NCBI GenBank assembly: GCA_050015435.1
Contig: JBEKBK010000001.1
Span: 15,249 to 79,248, forward strand
Origin: Bryobacteraceae bacterium
Lineage (GTDB): Bacteria; Acidobacteriota; Terriglobia; Bryobacterales; Bryobacteraceae
Length of the DNA stretch: 64,000 nt
Direction: 5' to 3'
Below the pieces are notes generated by a model. That model made no database searches. It saw only the letters and a program-made list of their open reading frames with translations, and had not been told where the DNA came from. Positions 28,558-40,811 of the stretch are shown here, one piece after another. The translations under genes were made by a program, and so were the position numbers. Position 1 is the stretch's first letter, and each line of letters begins with the position of its first letter.

Positions 28558-29547
28558 CTAATTGGGAGAATTCACCGGCAGCGGACCAAAGCCGAAGCGC
28601 GCATCTCGCACATTGCCCGCTGCATCCACCAGGGCCTCCGCTTCGAAGCCAGGACGATCGGGGGTTCCGAAACGCAGATCAATCAACTCTACGCGTGATC
28701 CCTCAGGCAACGGCGTGACCTTCCAGAACTTGGCTTGAGAAAATCGGCCGAACACCTCGAACGGCCGCGTGCCGCGCGCCGCATCGATCGCCGGATTCGG
28801 ACCAGTAGGGTAGTAGATTCGTCCCGCGCCCGGATCGAAGGGCTGGTTGAGATCCAAAGGCACGATGCTGACAAACCCATCGCCTTCGGCGATGCCGCGC
28901 CAGCGGAACGGATCGAAGCGATTCGGAAGGGCTACGAGACGCTGCGCGATTTCACCGTTGAACAGGCGGGCGTTCATCACTTCCAGTGCGCGTGCATGCC
29001 CGGCGAATCGGGCGCCCTCGTAGGCGAGCACCACCAGCAGCGCGAACCACGCCCATCCGCGCTGCGGTCCAGGCCCGGACCGCGACCCGATTTCCGCGCT
29101 CACGAGCCTGGACAATGCCGGCGCGGCGACAGCGAGCAGCAGGACGACGAGAATCCAGGGATCGACGATATCGGTCTGGTCGAGCCGCAGCCAGCGGCTT
29201 GAAAATGGGAGGAACAGCCGGATGCCGTACGCGTTGGTCCAATCGAGCACGAGATGACTGAATACCGCAACCAGCGACCAAAGATAAAACCGCAGTGAAA
29301 TCCTCGCTCGAACGGCTGCCCACACGATGAGCAGAGGAATCAGCGCCATGCCCGGCGCGAACACCAGAGCATGCGTGTACGAGCGATGGTATTGAAGATA
29401 AGTCAGAGCGCCGCCCAAGCCCGAGACAATGTCTATATCTGGAATATTCGCGGCAATCACCAGCGTGGCTGGTAAGTATTTGTCGCGATCGGAGCCGACC
29501 GCGCGCGCAAGCATCAGCCCCACCAGGCTATGCGTCAGATTATCCAT
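28558..29547 (-). CDS. Membrane-bound metal-dependent hydrolase (YdjM/DUF457-like)
   Basis: MDNLTHSLVGLMLA N-terminus, His-rich TM core (HRSYTHAL, FSHLVLDW). Confidence 0.75.
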   Translation of the reverse strand: MDNLTHSLVGLMLARAVGSDRDKYLPATLVIAANIPDIDIVSGLGGALTYLQYHRSYTHALVFAPGMALIPLLIVWAAVRARISLRFYLWSLVAVFSHLVLDWTNAYGIRLFLPFSSRWLRLDQTDIVDPWILVVLLLAVAAPALSRLVSAEIGSRSGPGPQRGWAWFALLVVLAYEGARFAGHARALEVMNARLFNGEIAQRLVALPNRFDPFRWRGIAEGDGFVSIVPLDLNQPFDPGAGRIYYPTGPNPAIDAARGTRPFEVFGRFSQAKFWKVTPLPEGSRVELIDLRFGTPDRPGFEAEALVDAAGNVRDARFGFGPLPVNSPN

Positions 29548-29553
29548 GCGGTC

Positions 29554-32458
<2,905 letters not shown>

Positions 32459-32461
32459 CGC

Positions 32462-33043
32462 ATGCGCCATTTCCGCGATGTGCTTATATCGTGGGGGCCG
32501 TGGGGGCTTCTGGTGCTGGCGACAGTCGAGTCGCTGGGCATTCCCAACCCTGGCGGAACGGACCTGGTTCTCATCCTGCTGACGGTCGCCCGGCCGCTAG
32601 ACGCGTGGTGGTGCGCGTCCATGGCGGTGATCGGGTCTCTGGTGGGTTCCGCTGTTTTCTTTGAGGTGCTCCGTCGGGGCGGTGAACGATATTTGGCGCA
32701 GCGCACAGCATCGGGTCGCGGCGCGAAAATCCGCGCCTGGGTGCAGCGTTACGGACTGGTTACCGTCTTCATTCCCGCTCTATTGCCGATTCCGCTGTTG
32801 CCGTTCAAAGCTTTCGCAGCTTGCGCCGCGGCCCTTGGTTGCAGCCGCAGGCGATTCCTCCTGGTACTGTTTGCCGGGCGGGTCCCCCGCTACTTTGGCT
32901 TGGCCTATCTGGGCGCTAATTTGGGCGAAGACTCGTGGCCTTGGGTTCAGGGGCACGTTTGGTATATGCTAGGCGTCGCCGTAGTTATTTTCGTGGCGTT
33001 GTATGCTCTAATCCATTGGTCGGACCGCGAGCAGCTACAATAG
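32462..33043 (+). CDS. YqaA/DedA-type (VTT domain) membrane protein
   Basis: 193 aa, 4-5 TM helices, with the GIPNPGGTD motif. Confidence 0.75.
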   Translation: MRHFRDVLISWGPWGLLVLATVESLGIPNPGGTDLVLILLTVARPLDAWWCASMAVIGSLVGSAVFFEVLRRGGERYLAQRTASGRGAKIRAWVQRYGLVTVFIPALLPIPLLPFKAFAACAAALGCSRRRFLLVLFAGRVPRYFGLAYLGANLGEDSWPWVQGHVWYMLGVAVVIFVALYALIHWSDREQLQ

Positions 33044-33072
33044 AAATAAGTCCGTCCTAGGGGACATTCCCC

Positions 33073-34002
33073 ATGATTGCGATTCAATCCATTACCGAAG
33101 AGATCCAGGACTTGAAGCTGTCCCGCCGGGCCGTGATCCTGGCGCATCACTACCAGGAGCCGGAACTTCAAGAGCTGGCCGATGCCGTGGGCGATAGCCT
33201 GGAACTCGCTCGAAAGGCTCGGGATTTTGAAGGAGACGTGATCGCATTTTGCGGGGTCTGGTTCATGGCGGAGACCGCGAAGGTAATCAATCCGGAACGG
33301 ATCGTGGTGGTGCCGGATCGGGATGCTGGGTGCAGTCTGGTGGATAGCTGTCCTGTAGAGCAGCTTCGCGCCTGGAAGCGCGCCAATCCGGAATATACGG
33401 TGGTCTCCTATATCAACACGTCGGTGGAAGTGAAGGCCGAAAGCGACATCCTCTGTACTTCACGCAACGCGGTCCGGGTCGTCAACTCGATTCCGGCGGA
33501 AAAACCGGTGCTGTTTCTTCCGGATATCAACCTTGGGAATTACGTTCGCGAGCAGACCGGGCGCAAGAACACGAAAATTTGGCAGGGCGCCTGCATCGTG
33601 CATGCCACATTCCCGGCGCGCCGCCTGGCGCAAGCCCGCGTCGAACACCCGTCCGCGCTGGTTGCGTCTCATCCGGAATGTACGCAGGACATTCTCGCAG
33701 TGTCGGATTTTATCGGGTCGACTTCGGCCATCATCGACTGGTGCGTGGATCAGGACGCCCGCGAATTTATCATCATGACTGAGAGCGGCGTCCGCCACTC
33801 GTTGGAAAGGCTGGCGCCCGAGAAGACCTTCCACTTTATTCCCAACGAGCAATGCAATTGCAGTGAGTGCCCGTACATGAAGCGCAACACGCTTGAAAAG
33901 CTGCGGGATGCGCTGCGCGATTTGAGTCCGCGCGTGGAACTGACCGCCGATCTGTTGGATCGCGCACGGCTTCCCATCGAAAGGATGTTGGCCGTACGAT
34001 GA
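33073..34002 (+). CDS. nadA: Quinolinate synthase
   Basis: ILAHHYQ, GDSLELA, FCGVWFMAETAK, conserved Cys ligands. Confidence 0.93.
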   Translation: MIAIQSITEEIQDLKLSRRAVILAHHYQEPELQELADAVGDSLELARKARDFEGDVIAFCGVWFMAETAKVINPERIVVVPDRDAGCSLVDSCPVEQLRAWKRANPEYTVVSYINTSVEVKAESDILCTSRNAVRVVNSIPAEKPVLFLPDINLGNYVREQTGRKNTKIWQGACIVHATFPARRLAQARVEHPSALVASHPECTQDILAVSDFIGSTSAIIDWCVDQDAREFIIMTESGVRHSLERLAPEKTFHFIPNEQCNCSECPYMKRNTLEKLRDALRDLSPRVELTADLLDRARLPIERMLAVR

Positions 34003-34991
34003 CTCCGCTCATTGACAGCTTCGACCGCATCCACGACAACCTGCGGATCAGTGTTACGGATCGCTGCAATATCCGCTGCTTTTACTGCATGCCCGAAGTG
34101 GGCGTGAAGTTTCAGCCGCGCGAACAGATCCTGAGCTTCGAAGAGATAGAACGGTTCGTACGAATCGCCGTGACGCTGGGCGTGCGCAAGGTGCGCATCA
34201 CCGGCGGCGAGCCGCTGGTCCGGAAAAATCTGGCGACGCTGGTCCGAAAGCTGGTGGCGATCGAGGGCGTTGAAGACCTGGCGATGACCACCAACGGCGT
34301 GCTGCTGGCGGACCAGGCTGAAGAACTTTACGACGCTGGATTGCGGCGCCTCAATGTCCACCTGGATACGCTGGACCGCGACCGCTTCCTGAAGATCACC
34401 CGGCGAGACGATCTCGAAAAGGTGCTGAACGGCATTGAGGTGTGCCGGCGCCTCGGTTACGGACCGATCAAGATCAACGCCGTGGCCGTGAAAAACCTGG
34501 TGGAACCGGATATCGTTCCGCTGGCTCTTTACGGGCGGGAACGCAACATTGAAATCCGGTACATCGAGTTCATGCCGCTTGATGCGCAGGGGCTGTGGGA
34601 TCGCAACAAAGTGCTGATGACGGATGATATGCTTGCGATGCTCCGGCGCGGCATTGGACCGCTCGAAGAAATTCCGGACCGCGACCAACGCGCACCGGCA
34701 ACGGAATACAAATTTAGCGACGGCATCGGGCGCGTAGGCTTCATTGCGTCCGTCAGCCGGCCCTTCTGCCTGAACTGCAATCGTATCCGGCTGACCTCTG
34801 ACGGCAAACTGCGTTATTGCCTATTCGCGATCGAGGAGACGGACGTCAGGGCGCTGTTGCGCCAGGACGGAGACGATGATTCCATCCGCGCCGCGATCCG
34901 TTCCTGCGTGGCCGGCAAATGGATCGGGCACGAGATCAACTCCGCCAAGTTTGTCGCCCCTCCGCGCCCGATGTACTCGATCGGCGGATAG
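33999..34991 (+). CDS. moaA: GTP 3-prime,8-cyclase (molybdenum cofactor biosynthesis A)
   Basis: Radical-SAM CNIRCFYC motif, C-terminal CLNCNRIRLTSDGKLRYCL cluster. ATGA overlap with nadA. Confidence 0.93.
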   Translation: MTPLIDSFDRIHDNLRISVTDRCNIRCFYCMPEVGVKFQPREQILSFEEIERFVRIAVTLGVRKVRITGGEPLVRKNLATLVRKLVAIEGVEDLAMTTNGVLLADQAEELYDAGLRRLNVHLDTLDRDRFLKITRRDDLEKVLNGIEVCRRLGYGPIKINAVAVKNLVEPDIVPLALYGRERNIEIRYIEFMPLDAQGLWDRNKVLMTDDMLAMLRRGIGPLEEIPDRDQRAPATEYKFSDGIGRVGFIASVSRPFCLNCNRIRLTSDGKLRYCLFAIEETDVRALLRQDGDDDSIRAAIRSCVAGKWIGHEINSAKFVAPPRPMYSIGG

Positions 34992-34992
34992 G
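34933..34992 (+). repeat. Direct repeat copy A (last 19 codons + stop of moaA)
   Basis: 56/60 identical to 39434-39493. See findings. Confidence 0.9.
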
Positions 34993-35017
34993 TCGTGATT
35001 AGTACGTGCCGCTTTTC

Positions 35018-35044
35018 AGAAGGGAGACTCATCGTCTCCCTTCT
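35018..35044. terminator. Hairpin between moaA and the convergent exported-protein gene
   Basis: 11-bp perfect stem AGAAGGGAGAC / GTCTCCCTTCT with a 5-nt loop. No strong T tract. Confidence 0.5.
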
Positions 35045-35061
35045 CCCTTTCGCTCAATAGT

Positions 35062-35568
35062 TTAGTTGAAGTAGTCTGGCAGCCGGGTCTGAGTACGGGT
35101 CACAAAGATGCCCCCCGCAACGATAGCGCTGGGGATTTCCACGGCGTCTGCAATCGACGTGGCGAGAAGCCCGCCTTGCAAAGTTGCCCCCGTGATTACG
35201 AAGTCATCCGTTTGGATCGACGTGGTTCCATTCGACGCGGTAAGAATGCGGTTGATTTTGCCCGTGCCGTTGCAATTCACGGTGTAAGTTCCCGCCTGCG
35301 TGCCGGTTACAAGAGTTCTGGCTCCCGTTGTTGATCCGGCCGTGGGCTCGTTCACGATGAAGGTTCCAGTCAGATTTCCATTTCCGTCGTAATACCTTGT
35401 CCCGAGCGCTATTGCTACGTTAGCGCCGTAATTGGCCACGATCGCATAATTGCCCTGAAGGCTTGCAAGCGTGTAGCAGTTTTGGGTTTGGGCATTGGCG
35501 GCAGACACGCCCAGGAAGCCGGTGAACATGACCACCGCTGGGACAAACAAGTTCATTTTGTTGAACAT
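35062..35568 (-). CDS. Exported hypothetical Gly/Thr/Asn-rich beta protein
   Basis: Signal peptide MNLFVPAVVMFTGFLGVSAANA. 168 aa. Divergent from the ECF sigma gene. Confidence 0.65.
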   Translation of the reverse strand: MFNKMNLFVPAVVMFTGFLGVSAANAQTQNCYTLASLQGNYAIVANYGANVAIALGTRYYDGNGNLTGTFIVNEPTAGSTTGARTLVTGTQAGTYTVNCNGTGKINRILTASNGTTSIQTDDFVITGATLQGGLLATSIADAVEIPSAIVAGGIFVTRTQTRLPDYFN

Positions 35569-35684
35569 GGTTTTCTCTCTCCTTGAATTTCTTTTCGCCT
35601 GGCTGTGTGCCCGGCACTAAACACCTTCGTAAACGGAGGAACAGATGGCTAGCCACTCCGGCAATTTGTGACAGAATTCTCTTG

Positions 35685-36257
35685 ATGGGAGGATCTCCAT
35701 CCGTCTCGGAGTTGCTGATCGCCTGGGGACGAGGCGAGCCGGCCGCGCTCGAACAACTCACACCGCGCGTTTACGGAGAGCTGCACAAGCTCGCTCGAGC
35801 CTATCTGCGACGGGGTATTTCCGGCCAGTCGCTTCAGCCGACGGCGCTCATTAACGAAGCCTACCTGCGATTACTCGACCAATCACAGCCGGTGCAATGG
35901 GAAAATCGGGCACACTTTTTCGGCGTCGCAGCGCGGCTGATGCGCATCATTCTGGTCGACCGGGCGCGCGCCCATCACGCGGCCAAGCGGGGCGGCGTCG
36001 CGGCTGCGGTCACCCTGGACGATTGCATGGCGGTTTCTCCAGGCCGCGCGCCGGACGTGCTCGAGGTCAACGAGGCTCTCGACCGGCTGGCGGAGGTAGA
36101 TGCACGGAAGGCCAAGGTGATTGAAATGCGCTACTTCGGGGGCATGGATCGGGAAGAGGTCGCAACCGCTCTCGGCCTGACGGTTTTCACCGTGAAACGC
36201 GACCTGCGGCTCGGTGAGGCGTGGCTGAGAAGGTTTCTGGCCCGCGAAAGGTCTTGA
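35685..36257 (+). CDS. ECF-type RNA polymerase sigma factor (kinase-associated subgroup)
   Basis: ELLIAWGRGEPAALEQLTPRVYGELHKLARAYLRR..LQPTALINEAYLRL signature and a region 4 HTH. ATG at 35685 preferred over 35583. Confidence 0.85.
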   Translation: MGGSPSVSELLIAWGRGEPAALEQLTPRVYGELHKLARAYLRRGISGQSLQPTALINEAYLRLLDQSQPVQWENRAHFFGVAARLMRIILVDRARAHHAAKRGGVAAAVTLDDCMAVSPGRAPDVLEVNEALDRLAEVDARKAKVIEMRYFGGMDREEVATALGLTVFTVKRDLRLGEAWLRRFLARERS

Positions 36258-36335
36258 GCCTACAAAACACCTCCGTCACACGATACACTTTTTAGTGCAG
36301 TTTCCAAGTCAAGGCAGTCCCAGAGAGGCGGCGAT

Positions 36336-39300
36336 ATGAGCGACCGCTGGCAGCTTGTTGAGGACATCTTCCACCGGGCCGTTGACCTTGCACCGCAGGA
36401 GCGACCCGCTTTTCTCGAAGCAGCCTGCGGAGTGGACCAATCGCTTCGCCGTGAAGTGGAGTCGCTGCTGGACTATGAGTCCGAGTCCGGCACAACGTTT
36501 GCTGGCCCGCCGGGGGATGATGCACCTCGCACCATCGCGCACTATCGTATTTCGGGCAAGCTCGGTCAAGGTGGCATGGGTGCGGTCTACCGGGCGACGG
36601 ACACCAAGCTGGGCCGCCAGGTCGCCATCAAAGTCTTGCCCCGCACCTTCGCCGAAGATGCGGACCGGATGGCCCGTTTCACCCGCGAGGCGAAGGTTCT
36701 CGCTTCGCTGAATCACCCCAACATCGCGCAGATTTACGGCATCGAGGACTCTGGCGGTGTTCGTGCGCTGGTGATGGAGCTGGTTCCTGGGGAGACGCTG
36801 AAAGGACCGCTCCCGCTGGCGACCGTTTTCAACTATGCAAAACAGATTGCGGAAGCGCTGGAGGCCGCGCACGAAAAAGGAATCGTGCATCGCGACTTGA
36901 AACCCGCCAACATCGTGGTCGCGCCCGCTGGCGTGGTCAAAGTGCTTGATTTTGGCCTGGCGAAGGCGGCGCATGAATCGGCGCCGGCCGAAGATCCTTC
37001 TCTCTCCCCGACGTGGACGCTGGCTGAGACAGGCGGAGGAGTCATACTGGGAACCCCGGCATATATGAGCCCGGAGCAGGCCATGGGCAATCCGGTCGAC
37101 CAGCGTGCGGATCTCTTCTCCTTCGGGGTAGTCCTGTATGAGATGGTCACGGGAGTACGTCCGTTCGCGGGAAGCTCGCCGATGGCCGTCGTCGACGCGA
37201 TCCTGCACGCTCAACCGCGCGACATCGGTGACAATCTAGCTCCCCGAAAGCTTAAGACCATCATCCGGAAGCTCCTCGAGAAGGACCCCGCGAATCGTTA
37301 TGATAGCGCCGGTGATGTACGCCGGGAGCTGGAGTCATTAGAGGCTTCTTTGGCGCCGGCTAAGCCCGTGAAATTATCGAGGAATGCGTGGATCGCGGTT
37401 GGAACTGCGGCTGTTCTGGCCGTCGTCCTGGCAGTTTGGCTCTGGCGCGGGTGGTCACGCGAGCGATGGGCGCTCGATACAGCGATGCCGGAGATTACGC
37501 GGCTGATTGAGGGTGGGGAGTATCTCAAAGCCGCCACATTGGCGCGGGAGGCACGTTCGGTGTTGCCGAAGGACCGGACGATTGAGGAACTCTGGAAGCG
37601 AGCGACCGGAGAGGTCTCGATCGCGAGTGTCCCTTCTGGGGCTGAGGTTTCCATTCGACTATATAGAGCAGATCCAAACGTCTGGGAAACACTGGGAAAG
37701 ACACCACTGCAGAAGGTTCGGGTGCCTCAGGACGATTATGTCTGGCGGCTGGTAAAACCTGGATTCGCCGCCGCGTTCTTCATACGTAGACCTCCTGGCG
37801 CGGCGCCGCCCGGCTACCATTCCAGCTTCGATATGACGTTGAAGCTTCGCCCCGCGGGGAGCGTTCCTCCAGAGATGGTCGTCGTCGCGGGAGGGAGCAC
37901 CGGACTCGCATACCCTCTGGAGGCAGCCCCTGGAGTCCGGATCGGCGACTTTCTCATCGACCGGCATGAGGTCACCAACGAAGATTACAAGAAATTCGTT
38001 GACGCCGGCGGGTACCAGAAGCGCGAGTTCTGGAAGCAGCCCTTCGTGAGAGACGGGCGTGCGGTTCCATGGGAACAAGCAATCGCGTTTTTTCACGATT
38101 CGACGGGGCGCCCCGGTCCGGCGACGTGGGAAGTCGGGGATTATCCCCAGGGGCACCAGAAATATCCTGTAGCAGGAGTCAGTTGGTACGAGGCGGCAGC
38201 GTATGCGGAGTTTGTGGGCAAGAGCCTTCCTACGGCGTACCACTGGACGCTTGCATCGCAAGCGGCTAACTACACACCCGTGATCACTCCAGGCAGTAAC
38301 TTCGGGCGCGAAGGAACCCAGCCGGTCGGAAGCGAGAATGCCCTGAGCGGATCCGGCACAACAGACATGGCCGGCAATGTAAAGGAGTGGTGTTTGAATG
38401 AAACGAAGAACGCCAAAAGATTAATCTTGGGCGGGGGCTTCGGCGAATCCAACTATGAGTTCCATCACTTGGACATGCAGTCGCCATGGGATCGCGGGGC
38501 TAACTTCGGTTTTCGATGCGTCAAGCTCGACTCGCCGCCCAGTCCTGCTGCTGCGGCGCATATAGAAGTCACGACTCGCGACTATTGGAAAGAGAAACCG
38601 GTCTCAGACGAGGTCTTCAAGGCCTATACCGCCCTATACGCTTACGACAAGGGGGAGCTGAACGCCCGGGTGGAAGGAACGGAACCGATGGAGGCGTGGT
38701 CGCGAGAGAAAGCTACTTTCGATGCCGCGTACGGTCACGAGCGGGTGACGGCGTACCTCTTTCTCCCGAAGAACGCGCGTGAGCCGTTCCAGACGGTGGT
38801 GTATTTTCCAGGCGGGTTTTCCTTTTTGGACGACAAGCTTGATCTCGCGAGCCTTGAAGAAACCCGCGGCTTCATTATGAAAAGTGGGCGCGCGTTGGTC
38901 GCCCTGATTTATAAAGGCATGTACGAAAGGCGCGATGGCTTCGTGCCCGGCGGCAATGATCCGCCGGCGTTTCGGCGGGACCATGAGATCGCGTGGGCCA
39001 AAGACCTGGGCCGCTTGCTCGACTATTTCGAGACGCGCAAGGACATCGACAGCACCAAGGTGGCCTACTTCAGCGACAGTGCGGGCGGCCCTGAAGGGGC
39101 GCACCTCCCGGCGGTCGAGAAGCGAATCAAGGCCGCGATCCTATCGTCCGGAGGTTTTCAGCTCACGATTCCGTACCGCCCGGAGGTTGACCCGTTCAAC
39201 TTCGCGCCCCACGTAACCATTCCGGTGCTTATGGTGAACGGACGGTACGATTCCTCGTTCCCGTTGGAGTCATCGCAGCTTCCGCTGTTCCACTTCCTCG

Positions 39301-39425
39301 GCACGCCCGACAACGAGAAAAAGCACGTGATCTATGAGGGTGGGCACGGCGCGTTTCCCCGTCCAGCCGCAGTTCGCGAGGCCCTCGACTGGCTCGACAA
39401 GTATCTTGGCCCGGTCCAGCACTAG
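36336..39425 (+). CDS. Ser/Thr protein kinase - TM - FGE/SUMF1-like domain - alpha/beta-hydrolase fusion
   Basis: HRDLKPANI, DFGLAK and SPEQ kinase motifs. TM around residues 345-367. FGE-like HEVTNEDYKKFV..GNVKEWCL. C-terminal hydrolase with FSDSAGG and a His near the end. Confidence 0.9.
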   Translation: MSDRWQLVEDIFHRAVDLAPQERPAFLEAACGVDQSLRREVESLLDYESESGTTFAGPPGDDAPRTIAHYRISGKLGQGGMGAVYRATDTKLGRQVAIKVLPRTFAEDADRMARFTREAKVLASLNHPNIAQIYGIEDSGGVRALVMELVPGETLKGPLPLATVFNYAKQIAEALEAAHEKGIVHRDLKPANIVVAPAGVVKVLDFGLAKAAHESAPAEDPSLSPTWTLAETGGGVILGTPAYMSPEQAMGNPVDQRADLFSFGVVLYEMVTGVRPFAGSSPMAVVDAILHAQPRDIGDNLAPRKLKTIIRKLLEKDPANRYDSAGDVRRELESLEASLAPAKPVKLSRNAWIAVGTAAVLAVVLAVWLWRGWSRERWALDTAMPEITRLIEGGEYLKAATLAREARSVLPKDRTIEELWKRATGEVSIASVPSGAEVSIRLYRADPNVWETLGKTPLQKVRVPQDDYVWRLVKPGFAAAFFIRRPPGAAPPGYHSSFDMTLKLRPAGSVPPEMVVVAGGSTGLAYPLEAAPGVRIGDFLIDRHEVTNEDYKKFVDAGGYQKREFWKQPFVRDGRAVPWEQAIAFFHDSTGRPGPATWEVGDYPQGHQKYPVAGVSWYEAAAYAEFVGKSLPTAYHWTLASQAANYTPVITPGSNFGREGTQPVGSENALSGSGTTDMAGNVKEWCLNETKNAKRLILGGGFGESNYEFHHLDMQSPWDRGANFGFRCVKLDSPPSPAAAAHIEVTTRDYWKEKPVSDEVFKAYTALYAYDKGELNARVEGTEPMEAWSREKATFDAAYGHERVTAYLFLPKNAREPFQTVVYFPGGFSFLDDKLDLASLEETRGFIMKSGRALVALIYKGMYERRDGFVPGGNDPPAFRRDHEIAWAKDLGRLLDYFETRKDIDSTKVAYFSDSAGGPEGAHLPAVEKRIKAAILSSGGFQLTIPYRPEVDPFNFAPHVTIPVLMVNGRYDSSFPLESSQLPLFHFLGTPDNEKKHVIYEGGHGAFPRPAAVREALDWLDKYLGPVQH

Positions 39426-39433
39426 ATGAGCGC

Positions 39434-39493
39434 AGATCAACTCCGCCAAGTTCGTCGCTCCTCCGCGTCTGATGTACTCGATCGGCGGATAGG
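39434..39493 (+). repeat. Direct repeat copy B (displaced moaA 3-prime end)
   Basis: Starts 9 nt after the kinase stop. In the moaA frame it still reads QINSAKFVAPPRLMYSIGG-stop. Confidence 0.9.
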
Positions 39494-39540
39494 CGAGCTA
39501 CTCTCATTCGGTTCCGTACGCAACTGGAACGTTCCGATCG

Positions 39541-40788
39541 CTACTTCTTAACAAATTTCCTGACATCACCGAGAAAATCCGCTCCGTAGACGTTGCCGTC
39601 GGCATCCGTGGTGACGCCTTCCGCCAGGCTCGAACCTCCGGCATAAGGATACGGACAAGGATCGGGAATGAAGTACTTGACGGAACCGTCCCGGGCGCTT
39701 CCGATTCGAATGCCACGTTCGGCTCCGAGGTTATAGCCATAACCGGTCTGTGCGAGTCCAAATTGTCCCGTGTTGGTCCGGCCGTCCTTGGATTCTGAGT
39801 CGGCCACATAGAGCATGTCGTTCTTGTCAATGTGAATGCCGCTTGGGCGGCTAAACTGATACCACACGGCGATAAACTTGCCGTTCTGGTCGAAGATCTG
39901 AATGCGGTTGTTTTGACGGTCACCGACGAACAGCCTGCCGCGGGAATCGAAGGCCAGCGTGTGGGGCACATCGAATTCACCTGGGCCCATGCCTTTCTTT
40001 CCCCAGGCCTTGATGAACTTCCCGTTCTTGTCGAACTTCACGATCCGCGCGTTGCCGGTCGCTGTGCCGCCTCCGCTGTGGCCGTCCGCCACGAAAATGT
40101 CGCCGTTAGGAGCGATTGCAACGTCGGTCGGCGCGTCGAACTCGTCCTCGGCCGGCCCTGCAACTCCTTTTTTGCCAAGCGTCATTAAGATCTTGCCGTC
40201 CGGACTGAGCTTGAAGACCTGGTCGCCGCCGTTGTCGGCCAGCCATAGATTACCCTCTTTGTCGATCTCCAATTTGTGAGGGCTGACGAACTTGCCCGCG
40301 CCAAACGCCTTCAGGAGCTTGCCCGACGTGTCGAATTGGAAGATTGGATCCACATTCGCATTAGGGCCGGCACAGGTTGCACCCCCGGCTCCGGAATTGC
40401 CGCAGCGGTCGGTTACCCAGATCGTGCCGTCGGGACCGGTCGCGACGCTCGCAGTGGATCCCCACTTCCGGCCTTCAGGCAACTGTCCCCAACTTACGCC
40501 CGCGCGATACGGATTCGGGAGGTCATTGCGTGCGCCAAGTAGAGACGCCGGTGGCAGTTGGACCGGATATTGACCCGGCGGAAACACTGGTTGGGCACGC
40601 CCACGACCGGCCGTTGGGTTCGCCGGCGCGCCGCAGCTCTGGGCGACCGGCCCAGGAGATCCTTGGGCCTTGAGGTTCTCTGGGGCACTTGCGAGCGCCG
40701 CGATTCCAAGGATAAGGGACGTGGCGCGGGAGAGATACACACAATTCACTCGACTTGCATGGCACATGGTAAGCGATTGTAACTCCAA
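39541..40788 (-). CDS. Exported NHL-repeat six-bladed beta-propeller protein (PAL-like)
   Basis: Repeated blocks F..P..(L/V)..D..G(N/R)L(W/F)V(A/G)D..N.RI..F. Signal-like N-terminus. The start may be 40767. Confidence 0.8.
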   Translation of the reverse strand: MELQSLTMCHASRVNCVYLSRATSLILGIAALASAPENLKAQGSPGPVAQSCGAPANPTAGRGRAQPVFPPGQYPVQLPPASLLGARNDLPNPYRAGVSWGQLPEGRKWGSTASVATGPDGTIWVTDRCGNSGAGGATCAGPNANVDPIFQFDTSGKLLKAFGAGKFVSPHKLEIDKEGNLWLADNGGDQVFKLSPDGKILMTLGKKGVAGPAEDEFDAPTDVAIAPNGDIFVADGHSGGGTATGNARIVKFDKNGKFIKAWGKKGMGPGEFDVPHTLAFDSRGRLFVGDRQNNRIQIFDQNGKFIAVWYQFSRPSGIHIDKNDMLYVADSESKDGRTNTGQFGLAQTGYGYNLGAERGIRIGSARDGSVKYFIPDPCPYPYAGGSSLAEGVTTDADGNVYGADFLGDVRKFVKK

Positions 40789-40811
40789 TATCTCTCCGCA
40801 GCACCCTATAC

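Noticed and set aside
33750-34688. 312-aa minus-strand ORF
   Set aside because: It is entirely antisense to moaA/nadA, which have unambiguous motifs. The composition is Arg/His-rich and low in information, typical of a high-GC shadow ORF.
36309-37214. 301-aa minus-strand ORF
   Set aside because: Antisense to the kinase catalytic domain (HRDLKPANI, DFG on the plus strand). Shadow ORF.
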